From Phoronis australis (Eukaryota; Animalia; Phoronida), in contig NMRA01000915.1 of NCBI GenBank assembly GCA_002633005.1, positions 36,689-100,688 of the forward strand: a stretch of DNA of 64,000 nucleotides. Reading direction: 5' to 3'. Below, piece by piece: positions 13,624 to 24,408 of the stretch. The notes beneath the pieces are model-generated. The model did no database searches. It worked only from the letters and a program-made list of their open reading frames with translations, and had not been told where the DNA came from. The position numbers and the translations under genes were made by a program. Every line of letters begins with the position of its first letter. The stretch's first letter is position 1.

Positions 13624-14069
13624 TCTCACTGGCATTTCTAACTATAATTGGTGATTTAGTGAGAATCTAACTGGAATCTAACTGGAATCCAGTGAGATTC
13701 TCACTTTCTTTTTCGTATGGGATCTATTCAGTCAGTGGCTGAAAAGGCACACACAAAATTCTCACCCAGTGAGATTTTCACTCAGTGAGAATTTCATTAA
13801 CACAAATTCTCACTAATTTGCATAGCATTCATATTGAGTGAGAATTTCAGTAAGACAAATTCTCACTGAGTAGGAATGCTATGCAAATTAGTTAGATTCT
13901 CACTGAATACTAACTCGAATATCGCTGTATTCTCACTAAATTGAGAATTTTTTCTCACTAATTTAAACGACATCTTAATTAGTTAGATTCTCACTGGAAT
14001 CTAACTGGAATCCAGTAAGATTCTCACTGGCTTTCGGGATTAGAATTTCCTGAAGCTTTTTCATAAGGG
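13624..14069. repeat. Array of ATTCTCACT/AGTGAGAAT motifs in both orientations (subterminal-repeat transposon end); matching motifs at 9381-9431
   Basis: More than ten copies of ttctcact or its complement; similar termini ttttcgtatggg (13720) and ttttcataaggg (14069). Confidence 0.6.
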
Positions 14070-15185
14070 TGGGGATGTAAGATATGCTAAAACACTATTT
14101 CCAAAGAAAATGGCATGCTGGCGGCATTTTTGGCCGTGTCTGGAACCCCTGACCCTCCAAATCCACCTATATTGGTTTAAATAGCCAACTTCAAGTTGAG
14201 ACAAGATTGGGATGAAGCAGCCGGTTTATTAAACCAAAGATAATACCCATGAGCTTCATTCCGGCCACAGTGTGACCATGGAAAACACAATGCCTTCAAT
14301 TAATTGGATACTATTATGATCCACTCAAAATTAATTCAAACCAGTCAACTTTCGCCATTGTGTTAGTCTCCATATGCAAAGGTACTAGTCCAATTGCCTA
14401 AACAGCCCTCAATATACCCTAAGTAATACATTTTGTGTTCATAGAGCGGATTACTTTGGTCAGCTGTATAGCATCGAAAAAAAATCTTTATTTTGTTGAT
14501 TTAACGCCCATGTGCTGATGCTTGCTGGACTTTTGGTCTTTTCTGGAGATGTTTTGGTCAATGAGAAAGTTTCAGCCTCATCAGTCCTAAATTGAGCATG
14601 GCATTGTATCACGATTTTGCATGAGCATAATTATAAGGGCATGGATTTATCTTGGTTCAAGAATCGTTCCACAAAGGAATCTAGTTTCAAACTAGATTGC
14701 GCTCTTCGCGTGCAATGCATGCTGATATCTCGCAGTATTGCTGGATTTTTCAGGGTTTTCATGTCATCAGAACTTATTCCTGGCTTGAGCTTGATACTGA
14801 TGCAACTTGCTGCTCACACTAATTTTGACCAGTTTATTACAAAGAAAGATTTCCATTAGCCGAGATACCTCACAAATATAGGAGCATTGTAATCTCTCAA
14901 AATTCATAAAAAGCTTAGTGTGGCGGCCATTTTCTTGGTGCAGCACTAGAAGTTCAAAAATATCGTATTTAATTCTGATTAATTACTTTGAAAACATTTG
15001 ATAACATGGCAAAAAATCATTTGTTAGCAGTTTAAAGTACCCAAATTGCTTTTATAACATTTGTATCTGAAAATAAGTGTAAAGGTTTATCTTTACGACT
15101 ATCTCAAACAGTTAAACTTCTACGGAGGTTGCTTATGATAGAGAATATTCATCCAGCTTCACTTTAACGCGCATTCTCTCTACAG

Positions 15186-16787
15186 TGCGCACGCGTGGGA
15201 TGGATGTAGAAGGGGTGTATCGTGATGAGGTGGTTATACACCGTGTGTCCGAGAACAAGGACAATACGGCACTCATCGTGGGTCTCAGCTGCGGGGCGGC
15301 TGCACTCTTCTTCATACTTATTGCCGGAGGAGTGTTCTTCTGGAAGTACGTTACAGTTGTTCTTTCTCTACAGTAATCCTTTTATAAATTGGTACAGCCT
15401 AATAATGTGTGGTGGTTAAACTTTTATTGTAATTAAATCCGTTGTTTTTCTCTAAGCACTGGTACACCGCAACTTATGCTCTAAGAGTTTAACAGACAAG
15501 CAGTTCAAATTTTGAAACATTTTAGGAATTCCATGTCTGTTGAGAGAAATAAGTCTAAAAATTACATTTCCACTTCAGGGCTGGTCAAGAAAAAGCAGTC
15601 AGCAACATTTTTGTGTAGAGCAGTAGCATGCATTAGCTTTCAAAGAAATAAACTTGCTTGGAACTAAATTATGTCACTTTGATTTTTGTTGATTTTTTGA
15701 AATGTACAGAAAGAAAAAGTGTAGGATATTCAATACAGACTCAAAAAAATCTAAAAATATAACCATCAATAACTATAAATAGAAAACAGTATTGATAATA
15801 TATAATGAATTGAAAAATTGCACCAGTACAACTAGAATGAATAAATAGAACTGTAGAAGGCTGTGTACACTGTGCATGAATATGGTGCTTTCATGTTGTA
15901 AAATGTACAACTAAAAGGGGTAGCTGTTACCCTTTTTAATAGCACAGATTTGTCTCTGATAAGTAGTAAACACAGCTGTTTCATTAGTGTGTTTCTATGA
16001 ATCTGCAGGAGGCAAGAGGCAGAGATGGCCAAGAAACTGTTGGAAGCACGGGTAAGATTATTGGAGTACCTAGTAAACTAGTGCTCTGGTCATTGGCATG
16101 TTCGAGACAGTTCTTTTCAGTTCCATGAACAGAACCGTACCTCGTAAGTCTACTTCACTGAGTCGTGCCCTCTGGTGTTGCTTAGGAATACCATGGTTTT
16201 GCTTTCACATCGCTCTTGTGCCAATACTAAATTGTATAATGTATTTATTTGATCACCGTCGAGCTAAAAGTATTTTTAATAAAAAATGGCAATGCAAGAA
16301 TGTTTTACCTGTTCTATAGAAAATCCGTTTTTGAAAGAAATTTGTTTATTGTGTAACTTAACTATGTGTAAATGGTTCATTTCAAGGTTTGTTTTGCTAA
16401 ATAGGTCAAGGGCCATGTGTAACAGAAAACTTATAAGAACACTTCTGTGACATTTTTGGGTGTTGTTGCGATTTTTTTATGTCACAAATCATTGCTTTTT
16501 TAATAAATTGCCTTGAACATTAAGATGGGGCTTTGTCCTTCTTTCCTGTTGGCTCATTTGGGCTACTCCTCTCTATAAATTGGCGATGCGGCATGATGGA
16601 GTAGAAGTATATGAAGGTAATATGAGCTTGGACTGGTTTTCAGAGAGATTCCAAGCGTAAATCTATAGGCACTAGACCATCTGTCACCAAGAAACCCGAG
16701 GAACAACCGTTGACGGAGTCACCCGGACCTAGTGAAGGCGGTTATGAGGGATACGGAGGGGAGGAAGAGGGTTACGAAGGGTACTAA
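15186..16787 (+). CDS. Small single-pass membrane protein with acidic Gly/Glu/Tyr C-terminal tail; 5' end uncertain (in-frame ATG at 15200 gives 110 aa)
   Basis: Exons 15186-15345, 16009-16051, 16644-16787 with GT-AG junctions and matching phases; TM ALIVGLSCGAAALFFILIAGGVFFW followed by KRQE; ends SEGGYEGYGGEEEGYEGY* (TAA 16785-16787). Confidence 0.75.
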
Positions 16788-17475
16788 GTGATGCACTAAA
16801 GACACCCATTGGTTGAAGTTACATTTTTGCCTTTGTACTTTATTTATTAATTTCGAAGAATTTACAAAATAGAGGAGCATAGTTTTATTTATAGTAGTGC
16901 CCATCATGGAATTTTTATGTGTTTTACCAAACATGGAAATTCAGAAAAATATTAAAGAAATTATTGTTGTGTAAGTGTTGTGCTTTCAGAGCTGTATGAC
17001 TATTGTAAAATTCTTCTGTTTAAGCCACAACCTCCGGCATAGGAGAGAAATTGAATTTCATCAGATTTCCCAAAATAACTTTTACTGAAAGTTGACTTCA
17101 TTGTAAGCATGGTGTACAGCAATGTCACCAAACTACACATGGTAAACATTTAATTATTTGACTTCCATGAAGAAAGTTTTTAGAAAACGAAAATAGAAAT
17201 TTGGTCCAAAGCCGAAGAATTTTATGCTGGTACTGTTGGCTACTTTAAAGATGTTTCTAGTACTTCATTTTCTTGAAAGCCTCTTAAGGCGGATGTTAAT
17301 GCAAGTTAGTTTTCTCACAATGCTCATTCAACACAACTCCGAATATCTTAAAACTTAACTGAATTTAGTAGGCTTTTTTAGTGTAATTGTCATTGTCCCT
17401 GGTGCTGCACCAGCAAAAATGTCGCCGTAGTGACTGACTGCCGAGTACTGCATGATGGGTACTCACTTAACTGTC

Positions 17476-18209
17476 TGTCACGTTTTTCCCCGTGTGTGGG
17501 TGGGCGCAGGTTGTTACAGACCGGTGCTAATAGCTTTCGGTGCGAAGATTGACTGAAGACTGGTTCGAGTTAATCCTTTATTAATCCCTACCGTACGTTC
17601 ACAAGCCTACTCAAACAAAACGTCCGATGTAATGTCTGTTTATGCTCCAGCCAGTGCTGCGAAGCCGTGACTTGTATTGAACTTCTGAGATACTTCCAGC
17701 AACTGTTACACTCGATTCAATAACCTGCTGTCTCTATAGCTGGCTCTCTATTGACTATCGCTGTAACTACTGATTCTCTTCACTGCAACTCAACTGTAGT
17801 TCTCCTGATAAACTTTCTTGAACTCACCGATTAACTGACTTGATCTTCTTTTGAACTGCCGTGATCTCACTGACTTAATCTTCTTGGACTCAACTCACTT
17901 AATCTGACCAACACAAACCCGTGCTTGTGTAGTTATAGCCTAATGCATTGTTCTGGAACTTTTCATCAATTCAAGCACATACCAGAACTTTCTGGAACCT
18001 ACCCAATCTTTCTACAAACATGTACTAGTCTCTGGAATATTCCAGACTTCATCAATCACTGTCATGCTACAGACTTCTAGAAAGTTCCACACTATACTGT
18101 AGTAAACAAATTACATCATCATTGTACTTAACTCAGGGGTCATGCCAATCAAACAGAATAACAAAACAAAACAATACAACTAAAAATACTGTCAGACTAT
18201 ATTCTGACA
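17476..18209 (-). mobile_element. Solo LTR (734 bp) of an LTR retrotransposon
   Basis: TGTCA...TGACA termini, perfect 5-bp TSD CTGTC (17471-17475 and 18210-18214); minus-strand AATAAA near 17577 and TATA-like CTATAA near 17933 indicate orientation. Confidence 0.85.
17951..18087. promoter_or_regulatory. Cluster of heat-shock elements in the LTR U3 region
   Basis: Perfect three-unit arrays GAActTTCtgGAA (17985-17997) and TTCtaGAAagTTC (18075-18087), plus near-perfect TTCtgGAActTTT (17951) and GAAtaTTCcaGAC (18035). Confidence 0.65.
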
Positions 18210-19933
18210 CTGTCCCATGTGTAATGATGTTTCCACGGAAACCCCGCCCACTCAAAAAATGAATAATAAAACAAGGAAAACACCAGCGGTAGAAAGTTAT
18301 GAATTGTTCATGGTTTTGTGATATCTTTTGACTGAAGAAACTCATCCCGGCTGTGTACTAAATTAGTGACCGTAGGAAAGAGTCGTTTCTACATACACAC
18401 ATTTCAAGTATTTCGATGAAGTATGAACAGTGTAAGGTAACATTGATGTTCTATAATCTTCGGCCGGATTCTGACTTGGGCTCATGCGGTTAAGGTGGCT
18501 CTGTTATATTGAAATACTATGCATTAATTCAAGTATGAAGGCTGCCGGATCTCCAAAGCGATCTAGTTCCGAAACGGGAATTTTCCCGTTGGAAAATTGG
18601 AGTATCAACTCCACTGTACCATTTTAGTGCCGAAAAATGCACATTCCGTGGTCCCTTGATCCTGCATGTCTGTGTGGTTTTGCCGATTCCAAGCGTTGGG
18701 TTCGACTTATTTGGAAAAAAGGTTACTCACCAGAACACTTTCACCTAAACCTAATGCCCAAATCCTAAGAAAAGGTTGTCTTTTATGATGCTCGTTAATC
18801 TCTTAATAATTTCAAAAGGGTCCACGTGTCTGTAATTGGAAGCGACAATTTAGCTCTGCGGGCTAGACTATTATTCGACGTTTCCCCCTAAAATGTCGCG
18901 TACCAATTATTAACCACTATCGCAGTGTGTATCCTGTGATCCAAAAATCATATGCGAAGTCGTATTCAAAAGTTGGAGTGTGTAGACTGACGAGGCCTAT
19001 GTGAACTCGACGCCTCACTATCTGGCAATAGCCATTTGCATGTATGAAACACATCAAAACAGAAGAAATGACGTCACTGTAATAGGTCATTGATCAAATA
19101 TGGTACCCCATTCACAAACACTTCATTCGATAGGAGCCCTTACTGTAATAGGTTAGCATTTGGAATTTCGCTTTTTGTTTTTCGTTACCTCTTGGAAGCC
19201 CCTCCATTAGCTCATTCTGTGTATACGGCGCCTGCATGGTGTGAGGTCCTTTGTATTTGAAGTGTTCGGTACTCCCCCGTAACACTGGCCCTATATTACA
19301 TGAAAAGATTCCTACGTTGACACACTCACCGGTCGAGATTGCACACCTCGACCGGTTTACGAACCTCGAAATATGCCCGCATTAGACCACATTTGTGAAA
19401 AGTACATGTGATTGGGTTTTTGAATTTTAAAAATTGGACAAGAAATGGGACTTTTACAACCTAAAACGTTTGTATAATGTTGCCGTATTATGGTTCTCAT
19501 TAATTCTACTGGGTGTGCAACATGAGTGGGCCAATTAGCAAACCACCAGGCAGCAGTTGGATTTTGAGGTAAGCCATGTGTCATTGCACAATTCGTGGCA
19601 TGGAATTCTCCGTTTCATCGGTATTACACCTCCTCGCCTGTTACATCCCCTTACGTCACCTTGAAGTTGTACTCGCGGGGTCTTCCGCGGGATAAAATAT
19701 TCTCGTCGATTTGTAAACCCTATTTGGCCAAAACGGAACCTTTGAGTTTCTCACTAAAAATGGTTCATTGAGCGGCTCACCGCCGTTCCCTTTACGCTTA
19801 CTCACTCTGGGAGTATTGAGGTTTCAGACATAGTATCAGTCACTTTTCGCGGTTTTGGCGTGGTTCGTACAGAAAATATAGAAAGACTTTTGTGACTCTC
19901 TTGCCTCGGTTTACAACGAATGAAACAAACGGC

Positions 19934-20002
19934 CACGTCAGATGCACAGATAAACTACGACAAGCTGCGTTCACGTCAGTATTGTAACTGACGATGACGT
20001 CA
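19934..20002 (+). promoter_or_regulatory. Candidate CRE/ATF cluster upstream of the EGF gene
   Basis: TGACGTCA at 19995-20002 plus half-sites (ACGTCA 19935, 19973; TGACG 19989) within ~150 bp of the predicted ATG; the 8-mer also occurs elsewhere in the window. Confidence 0.3.
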
Positions 20003-20086
20003 CAACAATACGGTTGTAACGAGGGTACGTGTTATGACTCTTCGGTTGTCCTGCGCTTTCTACTGGATCGCATACTTGTTTGAGAC

Positions 20087-23000
20087 ATGAGGCTATCCGG
20101 TAAGTTGATCTGCTGATTTTATTTGCCCAGTTGTTCGAACTTCATAAAGCGAGGTCTGTTTCCTCTCACACGACCAGCAAAATAAGTGCGATTCGAAGGA
20201 TGGGGTATTTGGCAGAGGAATTTTGGGATGGCCATACAACATAGTGTGTGGGAAAAAACATCTTAGCGTGCCTCAATACCAAAACCTTGTCATCTCGGAG
20301 CAGTGATGGTAGAACGAGGGAAACATACATGGGGCGGTCTAGTTGTATTGATAAGCTAAAATGTCGCTTTATCTAACGTACCTATAACTGACAAAGCTCT
20401 GGTAACCTAGCTAGTCCAATCAGATGCTAATTTTTTTGGTTTAACGTTGTATTTTTAAACGTGAGATGTTGAGTACAATCAGACCTCGTGTACTGCGAAT
20501 TTGACTCTCGTTCCTCTAAAGTATTGGTTTCCTGACAGAGTTCACCTCCTTGTTATTATTTGATTGCTCTTTTGCAAAGAATGTAGGGAATGCATAACCA
20601 CCGTTTTTTGTCAGTGTGTTTATTTTGTATATAATCTAGAGACTTCCTAACTGGTCTAAATACCCTGTACGAATGTAGACAGATTTAGCCTACAGTTAGC
20701 GTTGGGGCTCTGCGCATACAACTGCTTGACACCGGCATATTGTACGTAGCCGTAGGAGTGGCGCCTTATAGAGGTGCTTCCGTTACCGAATGTCATCAAC
20801 GTAGTATAAAAAGTAACACACTATCATGTTGCTAAGGACTTGAATCACTCCACCGTGAACGTGCTGTGCTTCTTTTGCAGTTTTGAATTTGGTAACCTTC
20901 CTGAGTTATACTCGAGCTTTTTTGTTTGACCAAGCGGATCACAGCGAACCAACGAAACACAAGAACCGGGTGCAAGAGATCCTGTTAAAGACGTGTTGGG
21001 CAAAGCGACACGTGTGCTTACCCAATGGGAAGTGCGTTCACCAAGGGGGGAACAACTGGTTCTGCAAATGCAAGCTGCACTATAAGGGTGTACACTGTAA
21101 GGAGGTTCAGAAAATTGTGTACAAGTCGACGACGCGATGGAGACGTCCTCACACCACTCCAACAACACCTGCAATTCTGCGATTCCATTCAAATGACTGG
21201 CCCGCCAAAGTTCCTACTCCAGGCCCTGAAATTGTGCAAGCGGCAGATCCTTGTCACTCATATAGAGCTCCCTGTGGAAAGCACGGCACCTGTGTTCCTA
21301 TGGGAGTAAATCGCATAAGGTGCATTTGTAAGCCGTTATACATTGGTGACTTTTGCGAAATAAAGATTGACATGTCTGCGTTGAAGCCGCGCCTTATGTC
21401 ACCCTGCCAACGTAAAGGCCGCCTCTGTCGTCCGCACGGCCTATGTATCAATCGTGGTCGTCTGCGATTTCATTGTAGGTGCTACAACGGACACAAGGGT
21501 GAATTTTGTAAAGAAAAAGTTAAGCGCAAGAAAGCTAAGATGGAGCCCTATGGCTCCAAGCACGTGGTAATGGCCGTACGCCATAAGGTTGTTGTGGGTA
21601 AACGAAAACCTCCAAAACCATCCATTCTAAAAAAGGATGTTTGCGAAAAACTCGATTGTGTTCACGGAAATTGTGTTAAAATGATATCTCGAGACTTAAA
21701 GTTTTATTGCAAATGTACGTTTGGTTGGGAAGGCGAACGATGCACCAATGCTATCAAACCGACCACACCTCCATTTTCGACGCCGTGCATTGAACAGTCG
21801 AATTGTTTTAATGGGAAGTGCATCTACACGCGTGACGGTCCTGTCTGCGAATGTTTTCCTGGATGGACGGGGGACCCGTGTGACGAAAGGATCCATACGG
21901 ATAAAGACAAGGCTCTGATGAAAAAGCCTCCAATATTATCTTGTGACTCACGCCCGTGCCAAAACAACGGCAACTGTGTAAACGTGCCGAACACTAAGGA
22001 AGGTTATGTATGTGAGTGCAGAGGCAGATGGACTGGGAAAATATGCGAAATTCCGTTCAACCATCGCATTAAAATCACGGTGCACGCTTGTGACGAAGAA
22101 CCTTGCGCACACGGCACGTGTACCAATGTTCCTGAAGAAGAATCCGGTTACCATTGCCAGTGCGAGGAAGGCTACGCGGGTATTAACTGTGACCATGGCT
22201 GGGACAATGATCTGTTTCGCCATGGGTTGAACGGCGACCCCGTTCTGATTCAAGACGACTGCCAAGACAATGGCGTGCCGTGCTTGAACGGTCACTGCGT
22301 GCCACGTGCAAACAACTTCGTCTGCGCTTGTCACCCGGGCTGGGTGGGGGAAAGCTGTGACGTCCAAAACGTGTGCTGGAACGAGCCCTGTCAAAACAAC
22401 GGAACGTGCACGATGGAAAACGAGCAGATGCACTGTGCGTGTCCGCCAAGTTTTGGAGGTGCCTATTGTCAGAACTCGTTCAAAGCTTGTCTTAGCAGCC
22501 CCTGCCTAAATGGAGGTTTATGTCATGAGACAGGTCCTGACAACTTCAGATGCATATGCGCGTTAGGGTATAAGCCACCGTTCTGCCAAGAACACCCGTG
22601 TGACCACAATCCATGCCAACATGGTGGAATCTGTGACATAGGTGGAAAAGATGTCTACATGTGAGTAGACAATTTTGATAGAAAGTACGTTTTAGCTCAA
22701 GCATGTGCCATGCGTTCTATTGTTTCAATTTAAAATTAATTTCAATATTAAATGTGCCACATCAGTTGAAAATATGATTGGGGTTTGGGTTTTCTATTTT
22801 GCAGCAAAACCTGCTGTAGCAAAACAATGAAGTCACCGATGTAGGCTATCTCATAGAAGTGAAATTTGTCTACAAATTCTTGAAACTTATAAAAGCAATT
22901 GGAATTCTCTTAGCAATCGCGTAGTTAAAATCGTCTGATTTTATTACTGCTGTGTTTCTGCACGCTGTTACATGCAAGGCGATGTCAGTCGGATCATAGT

Positions 23001-24367
23001 CTCAATGAACATAACTCTTTGGGCCGTGTTTTCCAATACACAGTTGCCATTGCAAGCCTGGGTTCTCCGGACCAGTATGTCAAATTCAGAACAATCCTTG
23101 CGACTCGTCTCCCTGCGTCCATCGTGCAAAATGCATCCCTGACTTGAACGATGGATCGGAGGAGGCCACATTTATGTGTCAGTGTATACCGGGTTACGCA
23201 GGCAAGAATTGTTCAAAGGCCAACATGGCGTGTGCACGAAACCCTTGCGCAAACGGAGGTATGCTGTTTCATTTTGTTTCTTAAAACTCCGCTCGTGCAC
23301 TTAAAAATGAAATGGTGTGTATTCCAAACGCTTTGTTCGACACGTGTCCGCACAACGCGTGGTGTTGTGCTGATATCAAAGCTAATACATAAACAAAACG
23401 TACCGAGAGTGGCGTACATGAAGTAATATCCCACGAGATATTACGCCTACAAGGAATAATGTCGAGTGGGATATTACTTCATGTACGCCACTCTCGGTAG
23501 GTTTTGTATTTATCCCATACGCTTCGAATTCCTAAGTTTCTTTCAGTTTCTTCCGCATATTTTTTAAATACTTCACTCAGACTGTTCACGTGGCGGATCA
23601 CATCCTATACATGTATGTATGTACTTGCGCGTTAGGCTGGAAGTTTTCTCTAATGAAAGAAACAGTTTTAAATATGACGATTTATTTCTTGAAAGTGATG
23701 ACAAAGATCAAAACAAGGGTTACTTTTCATTGAACTTGTAACATCTCCTGAAAATAGTAAATAACAACATTTTATATTGTGGTTACCGATGAATCGGCGC
23801 CAGAGTTGCACACGATAAAATATTTAGCAAATGAAAAATGAGACGTAACTGTCATATAATTAACCGTCTTGTTCCAGATGTTACGACTGAGACGTGATTG
23901 TATGTTGAGCGTTATTTACACTGCTATAATTGTATTACTTTAAACTATTTTCCGAAATTTGGTGATCGAACCGGCTAACGACGTCGAGTCGACATTGACC
24001 TACCTTTTGAACTTTTCATGTCAGAGGTCACTTTTGAAGTAGTGCGGGAGGTGAATAAGGAAAACTTTATTACATGGCCGTATTTCCCTCGACAAATTCA
24101 ACGCGTATGGGATAAAAAGCCGTATTGTGTCACACACTGACTTTTAGTTAAGTCGCTTGGCTTTCTAAAACTTTCCCACTTTGTTTCTTATTCAGATTAG
24201 ATTTGACTTTTGAGATTGTAAAGAACTGGTAATTTGTTGTTGTTGGAAGCCACGCTGAACGCCTAAAATGACCAATTGATAAGCCCATAAATCGCTTCTG
24301 ATCTAAGTATGACACCATTTTTATGCGCGCACACGCTCTCACACGCATACGCACACACACGCACACA

Positions 24368-24408
<41 letters not shown>

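Noticed and set aside
21025-22509. Alternative-frame and antisense ORFs within the large EGF exon
   Set aside because: Shadow ORFs of a coding exon; no motifs
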